Shown here piece by piece: positions 1-9,804 of a stretch of DNA of 54,405 bases. Position 1 is the first letter of the stretch. The number at the start of each line of letters is the position of its first letter. Source of the stretch: an uncultured Treponema sp. (lineage in GTDB: Bacteria; Spirochaetota; Spirochaetia; Treponematales; Treponemataceae); contig CAMNBC010000001.1 in assembly GCA_946532115.1 (NCBI GenBank), forward strand, positions 1 through 54,405. Direction: 5' to 3'. The notes beneath the pieces are model-generated. The model saw only the letters and a program-made list of their open reading frames with translations, ran no database searches and had not been told where the DNA came from. The position numbers and the translations under genes were made by a program.

Positions 1-75
1 CTCCGCATCAGAACTTAATTCATGAAGTTCCACCGCCGCCAATTTTCACATTATCATGTACTTAATAAAAACGCC

Positions 76-807
76 CTAAACGTTCTTATTAATAATCTTT
101 TCCTCGTACTTGCCGCTTTCCAAGTCAATAAATCTCACAAAAAGTGAAACCTTGTTTTCTTCATTCAACGAAGTCCAGATTGTGTTTGCGAACGCTTCGA
201 TTCCGCCTTCAATCTTGAGTTTTACAGGCTCGCCTTCAAAACTTGGGAGAGGATTTCCATCACCCATATAAGTGTGAATATAGTGTCCTTCACCGGCCAC
301 AGGATTGTCATAAGTGTAAGTAAAACGCAAAGTGTTATCGCCGTTTCCGCAGTCGCTCTTCAAAATAGAAAGTGAGTAAGCATAGCCACCATCAACTCCG
401 CCTTCCAAATCAAGCAGAGAAGAAATACGCGGTGTGTAGTTTGGAGCGTCGTGCTCGTACTTGCGGCTGCGCAGAGACTGTTCAAATGTGAGCCCACTCT
501 TCAATCCTTCAAAAATTGTATCTGTCTGATCGCCGTTTGTTACGATTGTTTTTTTACCAAGTTCGCGGACTGCAGCATAAATAATAAGGCTTGGGTCACC
601 TGCAATCAAAGACTCATCAAAAGCCTTTGTGCGAACAACCTCAGTTCCATTTTCTGTATCAGTTACAAAAACACGATTGCGGCTTCCTGCGCTGCGGCCC
701 ATTGTCCAGTAGGCAGAAACTGCATATTTTCCATCAGCTGAAAGGCCGGCGATAATACCGCGTCCAGGGTATGTTGTACTTGATAATTCTTCTTTAATTT
801 CTTTCAT
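76..807 (-). CDS. purO: IMP cyclohydrolase, PurO/archaeal-type Ntn-hydrolase fold
   Basis: N-terminal YPGRGI...YWTMGRS..SRNRVF, plus IVTNGDQTD and YEHDAPNYTPRI, motifs typical of the stand-alone IMP cyclohydrolase family. Confidence 0.8.
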   Translation of the reverse strand: MKEIKEELSSTTYPGRGIIAGLSADGKYAVSAYWTMGRSAGSRNRVFVTDTENGTEVVRTKAFDESLIAGDPSLIIYAAVRELGKKTIVTNGDQTDTIFEGLKSGLTFEQSLRSRKYEHDAPNYTPRISSLLDLEGGVDGGYAYSLSILKSDCGNGDNTLRFTYTYDNPVAGEGHYIHTYMGDGNPLPSFEGEPVKLKIEGGIEAFANTIWTSLNEENKVSLFVRFIDLESGKYEEKIINKNV

Positions 808-810
808 TTT

Positions 811-1710
811 TTACTCCTCAGGTCCCACATCTAAATGCTGTTTTTCAAGATATTCCATAACTGCATCAACAGTTTTCTGTTTTGGATCTGCTTCATCTGC
901 AGGCAGACTTTCCAGAATCTTGTTTCTGAATTCCTTACAGTCAATTACAGGACTTGCAGTAAATGTACATTTACCTGGCTCAAGAATATCAGCAAGCATA
1001 TCATCAGGATTTTCAGGATTAATTCTCAGACAGTTTCCGTTAATAGAAACCAGAATCATCTTATCAAAAAGACGAAGATAACTGTCTATCTCGCGCAAAC
1101 CTCTTTTTGTCTCAGGCTTGCCCGGTCTATATCGTGTTCCGCTTGGGAATACAAGAATCATCTGTCCGCGTTTTTTACAACTATCCATTGCGCGCATTGC
1201 GGCAAAGTTAATTTTTCGAGCTCTCTGCTCTTCAGCAATCTTTTCTTCTTCAGAAACTTCTTTTTCTTCAACAGCATTAAGCGAACGAGTAGGATAAATT
1301 ACAACACGTGTAAAACCTTCTGTAAATGCACGAACGCCAGGATTTGCTTCATTCAGTTTCATTCCGGCAACAGCAACAATTCGCTCAGACATATCTTTTG
1401 CCCAGTCTTCACCCTGTTTTTCCAGAAGATAAAGAATCCCCGGCAAATCAAGGTTTGTATAATGCTCCATAAGAATAAGGCCAGATTTTCCTTCCTTTGT
1501 AACTGCATCATAAAAAGCCTTAAAGTTTTCGATGTTTCCTAAGCTTGAATCTGCATTAAATGCTTCATCCAAAAGCTTCCACATGTAAGGTCTGAGCTCC
1601 ATGTTTGCTTCTTCATAAACCTTTGTCTCATCGATTTTTGCAGCAGCATGTGATTTTTTAAGCATTTCTGCAAACACACTGCCAAATTTTTCTTTTAACA
1701 TTATTCCCAT
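811..1710 (-). CDS. Glycerol-3-phosphate / lysophospholipid acyltransferase (PlsB/PlsC superfamily)
   Basis: Catalytic HxxxxD (HYTNLD) and block III FPSGTR; 3 bp from the next gene, so probably co-transcribed. Confidence 0.8.
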   Translation of the reverse strand: MGIMLKEKFGSVFAEMLKKSHAAAKIDETKVYEEANMELRPYMWKLLDEAFNADSSLGNIENFKAFYDAVTKEGKSGLILMEHYTNLDLPGILYLLEKQGEDWAKDMSERIVAVAGMKLNEANPGVRAFTEGFTRVVIYPTRSLNAVEEKEVSEEEKIAEEQRARKINFAAMRAMDSCKKRGQMILVFPSGTRYRPGKPETKRGLREIDSYLRLFDKMILVSINGNCLRINPENPDDMLADILEPGKCTFTASPVIDCKEFRNKILESLPADEADPKQKTVDAVMEYLEKQHLDVGPEE

Positions 1711-1815
1711 AAATAAGATTCCTTATTTTGTGTAATTGTCGTGACACCACGACATCTTATAAATAGTCGAATTCCATTATAGATTATTTATGACTTCAAT
1801 ACAATAATAGAAAGT

Positions 1816-3495
1816 ATGATGAAAAAAATTATAACTATACTTGCCGCAGCACTTGTAATTTTCACAGGCTGCACACAAAAAAAACTTGATGCTCAGGTTA
1901 TCGAAAATAAAGATGGCAGTGTGAGCATTACCCGGATTGATGAGGATGGAAAAGCCATTCTCTTTAATAAGAAATTTGACGGCGCTGAAAATGTTACTCA
2001 GGTAAAGCTCGCACAAACTACACGGACAAATCCAATTACAATTGATTTGTCTGCGTATGAAGGAAAAGATATTGATATTCAATTCTCCTGCGAAATGTAT
2101 ATCGAAAATAAAACCAGCGAAAAAACTCAGCTTGTATGGATGATTAATGAACTTAATGAAAATTTTCCAAGACTTTTTGACCGTAAAGTTCAGAACGGAA
2201 AATGGTTCAATGTAAACAAACATCTTACAATTCATCTTTCTGGTAAAAGACAGCTTTATGTTTCTGGAGCCGGATTTGACAAAGACAATACAACCATTTA
2301 TATAAAGAATTTTAAGATGCTTCTTACCGGTGAAGGTCTTACAAAAGATGCACCTCAGCCAGTCTCATGGGTAGATGCACCAAGCATAAAAGAAACCTAC
2401 AAAAAGTATTTTGATTATTTCGGAATGTGTGTTTCTTACAATAATTCTTTCCGCGAGCCACTGCTTCAGAAAGGACTTCCGTATCAGGCAGACTGCATCA
2501 CTCCGGAAAATGAGTTTAAGCCTGACTTTATTTTCGCATGGGCTAAACCGGGAAAAATGGCAGAGTTCCGTGGAGAAGACGGTAAACTTTATGAAGTTCC
2601 TGCTGAGATTCCAACTTTCAGACAAATGGACAGCATTCTTGCTGACATGCAGAAACTTGGATTAAAAATCCGTGGGCATGTTCTTGTATGGCACAGTCAG
2701 ACACCGGTATGGTTCTTCCAGAAAAATTATGGTCGAAATGGTGAAACTGATTTTGTAAGCCCGGATGAAATGAATGCCCGCATGGAATGGTATATTAAAA
2801 CTGTTCTGGAACACGTTGCTGACTGGGAAAAAGAAAACAACAATGGTGAGCATATAATCTTTGCATGGGACGTAGTAAACGAAGCCGCTTCGGATAATGC
2901 AAGCGACGCTAATTATTTGCGCGATGCCAATTCAAGCAACTGGTTTGCAATTTACAAAGACGTGACCTTTATTGTAAATGCCTTCCGCTATGCAAACAAA
3001 TATGCACCAAAGGATGTAAAACTTGTTTACAATGATTATGGCTGTGCTTCAGTTAATAAAAACAAAGCAATCTGCAAAATCATAGATGCAATCCAGGCTG
3101 CTCCAGATGCCCGCATTGATGCAGCCGGAATGCAGACTCATATCGGCATTAATGATTCAGCTGATAATTTTGAAAAAGCTGTAAAAAACTTCCTTGCAAA
3201 AGGAATCAATGTTCAGATTACAGAAATGGATGTTGCGAACGGAAATGCAGGCTATAACGCAATGAAACTCAAAGACTGCTATAGAAATTACTTTGCAATG
3301 TTCATCAGAAACCGCAAACAGCCTGGCAAAAATGGAATTGAAGGCATTACCCTATGGGGTGTTCGCGATGAATGGACCTGGCTCAACGGAATGCATAAAG
3401 GCCACACACAATACCCTCTTCTATTCAGGGGAGAAAACTTTGACTGTAAACCTGCATTCTACGGAGTTCTCGAAGCTGCTGAAGAAGCAGAGTAA
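1816..3495 (+). CDS. GH10 endo-1,4-beta-xylanase, lipoprotein
   Basis: Lipobox-like IFTGC; GH10 motifs TPENEFKP, RGHVLVWHSQ, WDVVNE (acid/base), YNDY, GMQTH, ITEMDV (nucleophile); extra N-terminal beta-rich module. Confidence 0.92.
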   Translation: MMKKIITILAAALVIFTGCTQKKLDAQVIENKDGSVSITRIDEDGKAILFNKKFDGAENVTQVKLAQTTRTNPITIDLSAYEGKDIDIQFSCEMYIENKTSEKTQLVWMINELNENFPRLFDRKVQNGKWFNVNKHLTIHLSGKRQLYVSGAGFDKDNTTIYIKNFKMLLTGEGLTKDAPQPVSWVDAPSIKETYKKYFDYFGMCVSYNNSFREPLLQKGLPYQADCITPENEFKPDFIFAWAKPGKMAEFRGEDGKLYEVPAEIPTFRQMDSILADMQKLGLKIRGHVLVWHSQTPVWFFQKNYGRNGETDFVSPDEMNARMEWYIKTVLEHVADWEKENNNGEHIIFAWDVVNEAASDNASDANYLRDANSSNWFAIYKDVTFIVNAFRYANKYAPKDVKLVYNDYGCASVNKNKAICKIIDAIQAAPDARIDAAGMQTHIGINDSADNFEKAVKNFLAKGINVQITEMDVANGNAGYNAMKLKDCYRNYFAMFIRNRKQPGKNGIEGITLWGVRDEWTWLNGMHKGHTQYPLLFRGENFDCKPAFYGVLEAAEEAE

Positions 3496-3517
3496 AAATT
3501 CCAGTATAAACTTTTGC

Positions 3518-3545
3518 TAAAGAAGTTCCCTTTTTCCGCCGATAA
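3518..3545 (+). promoter_or_regulatory. Sigma28(FliA)-like promoter TAAA-N16-GCCGATAA
   Basis: TAAA 3518-3521 and GCCGATAA 3538-3545, upstream of the RBS (GAGG) and ATG 3564. Confidence 0.6.
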
Positions 3546-3563
3546 TTCAATGAGGTAGTTTTT

Positions 3564-4397
3564 ATGAAAAAGGGAACTTCAATTTTTACAGTTATTTCGA
3601 TTTTATGTCTTACACTCTGTGCTTGTAATTTATCTTTGGAAGATACAGATTTACTTGATGCACCAGAAGCTTCTCCACTAAATAATCAAATTTCAATCAT
3701 TATTCCTAAAATTAATAATGAAACAAAATATATTAATATTTTTAGACAAGAATCATCTGACACTGATGTAAAAAGCATTGGTATTGTTTTCCCAAAAGCG
3801 ATCATAAATAAAAACTATTTTTTTGTTGATGAATTAGCAGTGAAAAACAGAACTTATAAATACAAAGTACGCTATTGTGATAAATCCGGATACCGTGAAA
3901 CAAAATGGTCTTCTCAAATTTCTACAAAAGATTGGACTTTTCCTCATGATGAATCTGAAACAATGAAATATGATGCTACTGGAGCTAAATTCAACTTTGA
4001 CAAAGATGATTATACTCTTACAATAAATGGAACAATTTCTGAACCTGATTTTACAGGATATTCATCAACAATTTATAAACCTATGATTATTGTCTCTAAC
4101 TTAGAAACTAATAAATCTGAAGCCATAAAAATTAGTTCAATTGATAATCATACTATTATTCCTCTAAGAAATATTCTTCCAAATTATTTTCTAGATACTA
4201 ATATATCAATAGTAGGAATTGTTGCTCAACGTAATGTTTATGTTGATGAGAACGCAGAAGAAGATAAACTTGAAACGATGTATATTGCATGGACTGAACC
4301 AGAAAGCATTACTATTAAGGGTGCCGGAAGCGACAGTATTCTAAATATTCCTTCACAGCTGGGTGAGGCTGGCCTTGATTACCGATCTGCACAATAA
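3564..4397 (+). CDS. Hypothetical lipoprotein, beta-rich (possible FnIII-like domain)
   Basis: Signal peptide ending LCAC; GAGG RBS; YKYKVRY..K.G...WS resembles an FnIII C-terminal strand pattern. Confidence 0.6.
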   Translation: MKKGTSIFTVISILCLTLCACNLSLEDTDLLDAPEASPLNNQISIIIPKINNETKYINIFRQESSDTDVKSIGIVFPKAIINKNYFFVDELAVKNRTYKYKVRYCDKSGYRETKWSSQISTKDWTFPHDESETMKYDATGAKFNFDKDDYTLTINGTISEPDFTGYSSTIYKPMIIVSNLETNKSEAIKISSIDNHTIIPLRNILPNYFLDTNISIVGIVAQRNVYVDENAEEDKLETMYIAWTEPESITIKGAGSDSILNIPSQLGEAGLDYRSAQ

Positions 4398-4465
4398 TTC
4401 AGGATCAATAGTCCATCAATAATGACAATTGAACAAAATATGTAAAAATGGTATTTTAAACCAGT

Positions 4466-5623
4466 ATGAATACTCTGGTCGCATTATGCGCAGTCGGAGC
4501 CGAGCGAATTCTCGGCAACGAAATTAAACATTTAGGTTACAAACTCAATGGCAACGCACCCGGACGCGTTAGTTTTCTTGGTGATGATGATGCTCTTTTT
4601 AAGGCAAATCTTTGCCTGCGTACAGCAGACCGCGTTTACCTCCAGCTTGCAGAATATGAGGCTTTAGATTTTGATGCTCTTTATGATGGAACTTACACTA
4701 TAAGCTGGCAGGATTTTTTACGCAAAGATTCAAGAGTCATTGTAGATAAAGTCCGCACTTACAAAAGCAAACTCAATTCAGAACATTCCATTCAGGGAAT
4801 TGTTCACAAAGCAATTTACTCAAAACTCGGTGACGTATGGAAAATGTCTTCCATGCCCGAGACCGGAGAAGAATCTGATATCCGCGTTTATGTAGATGAA
4901 AACAAGGTTTTGATTTTACTAGATCTTTCGGGTCTTCCTCTTCACAAACGAGGTTACCGTGTAGATGGTGGAATTGCTCCACTCCGCGAAACTCTTGCAT
5001 CCGTTCTTCTTCAGGAAATGATGTGGCGCCGTAAGACTCCGCTTCACGATCCGTTCTGTGGCTCAGGAACAATTGCAATTGAAGCAACTCTTTATGCCTT
5101 CAATGTTGCACCTGGATTCGGCCGCCGCTTTGCTTTGGAAAATCTTCCTATTTATAATGCAGAACGTGCCCAGCAGATTCGTGACGAAGAAGCCTCAAAA
5201 ATCCGCACAGATGTTGAAGTCCGCATTACCGGTTCAGATATTGATAATGCCGCAGTTGAACGTTCAAAGAAAAATGCCGAATATGCCTGTGTAATGGCTG
5301 GCCGCGCACTTAAATCAATCGGAATCAGTGCACACATTCCACGCCCGGATTTCATTCAGTCAGATTTTGCAGACCTTGCCGCACCATATGATGAAGGTCT
5401 TATTTTGTGTAATCCTCCATACGGTGAACGTCTCGGAGATGCAGACCAGGCCCGCGAACTCTACAAAAATATGCAGAGTCTTTGGACAGACTTCAACGGC
5501 TGGGATATCGGAATCATTACTTCAAATGAAGAGTTTCAGGAAAATTTTGGTCACAAGACTTCCGCAATCAAAAAACTTAAAGCTGGAAATCTTGATACCT
5601 CTTTCTATATTTACAGGAGATAA
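4466..5623 (+). CDS. THUMP-domain class I SAM-dependent rRNA methyltransferase (RlmL/YpsC-like)
   Basis: ANLCLRTADRV, LHKRGYR, APLRETLA, DPFCGSGT and NPPYGERL motifs. Confidence 0.9.
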   Translation: MNTLVALCAVGAERILGNEIKHLGYKLNGNAPGRVSFLGDDDALFKANLCLRTADRVYLQLAEYEALDFDALYDGTYTISWQDFLRKDSRVIVDKVRTYKSKLNSEHSIQGIVHKAIYSKLGDVWKMSSMPETGEESDIRVYVDENKVLILLDLSGLPLHKRGYRVDGGIAPLRETLASVLLQEMMWRRKTPLHDPFCGSGTIAIEATLYAFNVAPGFGRRFALENLPIYNAERAQQIRDEEASKIRTDVEVRITGSDIDNAAVERSKKNAEYACVMAGRALKSIGISAHIPRPDFIQSDFADLAAPYDEGLILCNPPYGERLGDADQARELYKNMQSLWTDFNGWDIGIITSNEEFQENFGHKTSAIKKLKAGNLDTSFYIYRR

Positions 5624-5635
5624 GGAGAAAGTTAG

Positions 5636-6229
5636 ATGGCAATTGTAGTTGAGCATGACAAACGCAAGCAGGAAATACTTCAGAAATCGCTCGATGTTTT
5701 TATTGAAGAAGGTTACGAAGATGCAACCTTCCAGAAAATTGCCGACCGCTGCGGAATCACCCGTACCACTCTTTATATCTATTTTAAGAATAAACATGAA
5801 ATCTTCCTGGGAAGCATCAAGGAACTGCTTTCCGAAGTTGAAATTGCCCTTAAAGCAATTATGACTGATTCAAACCTCAATTCTGAACAGGCATTACGCA
5901 AAGTTCTGGAAACTCTAACTGATGCCTGCGAACATAATAAAAAACTCTTCAGCGTTCTTTTGAATTATCTTATGCAGCTCAAAAAATCCGGAGTAGACAC
6001 AAGCGAACGAGTTCGCCGTCGCGTAATTCGTGTACGACATCTTTTGAGCACCATTTTAATTAAGGGCATTCAAACCGGAGAGTTCAAAGAACTCAACGTA
6101 AAAGACGCAAACGAAACTTTGTACGGACTCATGGAATCAGCAATTTTCCGAATTGCAGTTCTGAATCAGGATAATCTCGCCGACATCAAAGCAGCCCTCA
6201 ACACAACCGTAGATCTTTATAAGGCATAA
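5636..6229 (+). CDS. TetR/AcrR family transcriptional regulator
   Basis: N-terminal HTH F.EEGYEDATFQKIADRCGITRTTLYIYFKNK; AGGAG RBS. Confidence 0.9.
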   Translation: MAIVVEHDKRKQEILQKSLDVFIEEGYEDATFQKIADRCGITRTTLYIYFKNKHEIFLGSIKELLSEVEIALKAIMTDSNLNSEQALRKVLETLTDACEHNKKLFSVLLNYLMQLKKSGVDTSERVRRRVIRVRHLLSTILIKGIQTGEFKELNVKDANETLYGLMESAIFRIAVLNQDNLADIKAALNTTVDLYKA

Positions 6230-6280
6230 AAAATTTTCTCATTCTCAGAATATGCTGTATAATTTAACAGAGGTATTCTG

Positions 6281-7888
6281 ATGAAAAAGAAATTTCGTAT
6301 TTCAGTTCTTGGACTTGAACTTATTTTAGGCGGAGTTATTTTTGGCGCTGTAATGTGTTTTGTAAACAGCTACAACGGCTACCGCGAATTCAAAAAAGAA
6401 CTCGAAGTAATTTACGGCAATGTAACAGAACAGTTTGCACAAACAGCCGCAACATATGTTAATGGAGACAAACTGGAATACTGGCTTGCAAATGGACCTG
6501 ATGAAGAATGGGAAACAACAAATCAACGGCTTATCGATATTACAGAAGCCTCAGAACTTGTTTACGTTTATGTAACCACAATTGCCCCGGATTATAAGTC
6601 CCGCACCTACGTTTTTGATACCGTAAATAGCAAAGAAAAAAACAGTAAAGTAATTGAACTCGGCTACGTTCAATCTCTTGAAAAAAAAGATGACTACTAT
6701 ATAGGTAAACTCCGTGGCGTTATTGAAGACGGAGAAAATTACAGTATGTTTTCCTATAAGAAAGGTGGCGGCCACGTAACCTCTGCCGTTCCACTTATAG
6801 GTTCAAACGGCAAACCTTGTGCAATTGTCAGTATTGTAAAACCAATGCACGAAATCAAATCTTACAAAAAGAAATTCCTGACATCCATAATAATCTGGGC
6901 ACTTGTAGTTACCGCAATTTTTATTGCCCTCTATGCACTCTTTTTATATATGGGAATTATCCGCCCTATCCTCTTTGTAACCCATGAAACTTCACATCTG
7001 GCAGAACAGCATGGAGAACTCTCCGGCATTCTTAAAAAAGTTCATGGTTATAATGAAATCAGTACCCTTGCAAAATCTGTAGAAAAAATGAGCCAGGATC
7101 TTAATCGTTATATTCAAGACCTTACACATACCACAGCCGAAAAAGAAAGGCTTGGTGCAGAACTCAATGTTGCAACTCAGATTCAGGCAGAAATGCTTCC
7201 CCGTGTTTTCCCGCCATATGAAAATCACAAGGAAGTAGAACTTTTTGCAACTATGGAACCAGCTAAGGAAGTTGGCGGTGATTTTTATGATTTTTATATG
7301 ATTGATGATGACCATTTTGCACTGGTTGTTGGAGACGTAAGCGGAAAGGGAGTTCCTGCCGCACTGTTCATGGTCATCACAAAAACCTTAATAAAAGATA
7401 CTGCGGCACATGAACACGACCCGGCAAAAATCTTTGAACATGTAAACCGCATTTTATGCGAAGGAAACGAAAGCGGACTCTTTGTAACCTGCTGGCTTGG
7501 AATTCTCACACTTTCTACAGGAGAATTTAAATTTGCAAATGCAGGCCACAATGCACCGCTCATTCTTCAAAATGGAGAAATCAAATATCTTACGACAAAA
7601 CCAAATCTTATGCTTGCCGGAATGGATGGCATTCCTTATACAACTCACAGTACAAGGTTAACAAAAGGTGACCGGTTGTTTGTTTACACCGACGGTGTTA
7701 CAGAAGCAACAAATCTGCAGAACGAACTTTATGGAGAAGAGCGGCTTCTTACAGTAATGAAAGGTGCAACTGATAAAACTCCTCACGAAGTTCTGGATCT
7801 TGTACACAATGATATAAACGAGTTTGTCGATGAGGCACCTCAATTTGATGATATCACAATGCTCGAAATGGTTTTCAAAGGCCGCTAG
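6281..7888 (+). CDS. Membrane-bound PP2C/SpoIIE (RsbU-like) phosphatase with sensor and HAMP domains
   Basis: Two TM segments, HAMP-like linker, EVGGDFYD, GDVSGKG, ANAGH, YTDGVTEA, DDITML. Confidence 0.9.
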   Translation: MKKKFRISVLGLELILGGVIFGAVMCFVNSYNGYREFKKELEVIYGNVTEQFAQTAATYVNGDKLEYWLANGPDEEWETTNQRLIDITEASELVYVYVTTIAPDYKSRTYVFDTVNSKEKNSKVIELGYVQSLEKKDDYYIGKLRGVIEDGENYSMFSYKKGGGHVTSAVPLIGSNGKPCAIVSIVKPMHEIKSYKKKFLTSIIIWALVVTAIFIALYALFLYMGIIRPILFVTHETSHLAEQHGELSGILKKVHGYNEISTLAKSVEKMSQDLNRYIQDLTHTTAEKERLGAELNVATQIQAEMLPRVFPPYENHKEVELFATMEPAKEVGGDFYDFYMIDDDHFALVVGDVSGKGVPAALFMVITKTLIKDTAAHEHDPAKIFEHVNRILCEGNESGLFVTCWLGILTLSTGEFKFANAGHNAPLILQNGEIKYLTTKPNLMLAGMDGIPYTTHSTRLTKGDRLFVYTDGVTEATNLQNELYGEERLLTVMKGATDKTPHEVLDLVHNDINEFVDEAPQFDDITMLEMVFKGR

Positions 7889-7900
7889 AAGGAAGTACTT

Positions 7901-8296
7901 ATGGAATTGAGAGTCAAAGCAAATGACGAAAGCCTTCAGACCGTAAATGATTTTATACACTCATTGCTGCCATCAGTTTGTGACGAAATGATTTTGAATC
8001 AGATTGATTTAGCAGTAGAAGAGATTTTTGTAAACATAGCCCATTATTCCGGCTCGGCTGAAGCAAGCATAAATTGCAGTTTTGAAAATGATAAACTTGA
8101 AGTAACATTCAGCGACAGCGGAGTTCCATTCAATCCGCTTGCAAAGCCAGACCCGGACATAACATTAAATGCCGAAGAACGCGAAATCGGCGGCCTCGGC
8201 ATTTACCTTACAAAGAAATTTATGGATACAGTTTCTTATGAATATAAAGATGGAATGAACTGTTTACGAATAATAAAAACTATCCACCAGCAATAA
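7901..8296 (+). CDS. Anti-sigma factor / Ser kinase (RsbW/SpoIIAB-like HATPase)
   Basis: LAVEEIFVNIAHY (N box), DSG.PFNP, REIGGLGIYL (G boxes). Confidence 0.88.
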   Translation: MELRVKANDESLQTVNDFIHSLLPSVCDEMILNQIDLAVEEIFVNIAHYSGSAEASINCSFENDKLEVTFSDSGVPFNPLAKPDPDITLNAEEREIGGLGIYLTKKFMDTVSYEYKDGMNCLRIIKTIHQQ

Positions 8297-8596
8297 TTAT
8301 TCAACAGTTAAAATACTATCCATACCTGTAGCTGAAAGCACCTGTTTACAGAATGCCGACGGCTGACGAATAATCATCTTACCGCCAATCGGAAGCATAA
8401 GTTTATGCGCAAGAAGCACAACCCGCAAACCCGCACTTGAAATATATTGAATATTAGAAAGATTCAGATAAAGAGTCTGTGTATCTTTTGGAATAGTTTT
8501 AAGCTTAGCCTCAAGCTCTGGAGCCGTAGCAGTATCAAGCCGCCCAGAAATCACGAGTTCAAGAGAATTTGGAGTTTTGTTTTCTGTAATAGTCAT
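8297..8596 (-). CDS. STAS-domain anti-sigma factor antagonist (RsbV/SpoIIAA-like)
   Basis: GRLDTATAPELE and YISSAGLR with the phospho-acceptor Ser. Confidence 0.9.
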   Translation of the reverse strand: MTITENKTPNSLELVISGRLDTATAPELEAKLKTIPKDTQTLYLNLSNIQYISSAGLRVVLLAHKLMLPIGGKMIIRQPSAFCKQVLSATGMDSILTVE

Positions 8597-8649
8597 ATTT
8601 TTATTGTCTCACTGTTTTTAGTATTTTGCAAGTCAGATATATCTTGTAA

Positions 8650-9627
8650 TTACATGGTCTCGCCAACAGCAGAGCAGCAAACTCTAAAGCCCAGACTACT
8701 GCTCTTTCCGTTTGGAGCACTTCCGCTGCGATAGAAAACTGTGCACTGCTGAGGATCATCCAGCCAGCTTCCGCCACGTTTTACGTGCATATCGCCGGTT
8801 GTCGGGCCATGAGGGTTAGTTTGAGCACCAGCAGGAAGTGTTGGAGTATAATAGTCCCAGCACCATTCAGCAACGTTACCGCACATATCATAAAGCTTAA
8901 GTGCATTCGGATCTTTGCAGGCAACGTCGTGACTTGTGATACCACTGTTTTCACCATACCAGGCAACAGCATTTATATTTGAACTTCCCGCATAAGGATT
9001 TGGAGTAGAAGTCTTACCATCACGTGCAGCATATTCCCATTCAGCTTCAGTCGGAAGTCTATAGCCGTTTGCAGTAAAGTTGCAGACAATTCGTTTCCAT
9101 ACAGGACTAGTTGATTCAAAAGCACTCAAATCTGTAGAAGTTCCAATACTGTAGCATGGAGTCAGACCGTTTAACTTACTGAGCATATTACAATAGATGA
9201 TTGCCTCGCACCAGTTTACGCATTCTACAGGCCGATTGTCGCCCACAAGTTTAGAAGGATTTTTTCCCATTACATACGAATATTGAAGCTGAGTTACAGG
9301 AACTTCTGCAAGATAATAACTTACAAGCGTTACAAGACTGTTGCGTGAACCACCGCCCATTACAAACTGGCCGCCCGGAATCAGAATCATTTTTGGAGTT
9401 TTTCCAAGCTGTACACGAGATTTATCTTCTGACTGTGCAACACCCACACCCTCTTTCACAACCTTTACAGGAACGCCGCATCGTGAACAGAATTTATCCA
9501 TAGTGCTGAGAGTATTACCACATTCCTCGCAGGAACGAAGAATTTTTACATCGCCAACAGGATATCCGCATTTAAAACAGAAGTTTGCTTCATCAGGAAG
9601 CATGGTACCACATTTAATGCATTTCAT
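8650..9627 (-). CDS. Double zinc-ribbon plus FGE-sulfatase (SUMF1/C-type-lectin-fold) domain protein
   Basis: Two CxxCG..FCxxCG units at the N terminus; RLPTEAEWEYAA, LYDMCGNVAEW, RGGSW, LGFR. Confidence 0.88.
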   Translation of the reverse strand: MKCIKCGTMLPDEANFCFKCGYPVGDVKILRSCEECGNTLSTMDKFCSRCGVPVKVVKEGVGVAQSEDKSRVQLGKTPKMILIPGGQFVMGGGSRNSLVTLVSYYLAEVPVTQLQYSYVMGKNPSKLVGDNRPVECVNWCEAIIYCNMLSKLNGLTPCYSIGTSTDLSAFESTSPVWKRIVCNFTANGYRLPTEAEWEYAARDGKTSTPNPYAGSSNINAVAWYGENSGITSHDVACKDPNALKLYDMCGNVAEWCWDYYTPTLPAGAQTNPHGPTTGDMHVKRGGSWLDDPQQCTVFYRSGSAPNGKSSSLGFRVCCSAVGETM

Positions 9628-9719
9628 TTTTTATACTCCAAAAATATACAATAATTATACCACAGATTTTTAAGATAGGAAAAAAATAATAAAAATATCA
9701 TAAATCAAAAAGAAAACAC

Positions 9720-9782
9720 TTGCATAATCATTCAAATGAGATTATTATTTGAATAGTTGCTCAATTGTTCAAGTATTCAAAT
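9720..9782 (+). promoter_or_regulatory. Sigma70 promoter with overlapping ArsR/SmtB-type operator
   Basis: TTGCAT(9720)-17bp-TATTAT(9743); imperfect 36-bp inverted repeat ATTTGAATAGTTGCTCAA|TTGTTCAAGTATTCAAAT (9747-9782, 15/18 pairs) with SmtB/CzrA-like TGAA..TCA cores. Confidence 0.7.
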
Positions 9783-9804
9783 GAGACAACTATAAAGGAG
9801 TCAT

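Noticed and set aside
1-33. Possible GTG-started CDS running off the left edge on the minus strand
   Set aside because: Only 11 codons are visible and the RBS is weak; not supportable
8650-8790. Diversity-generating retroelement target: FGE-fold C terminus like Treponema denticola TvpA
   Set aside because: No template repeat differing at adenines and no reverse transcriptase in the window; a remote DGR cannot be excluded
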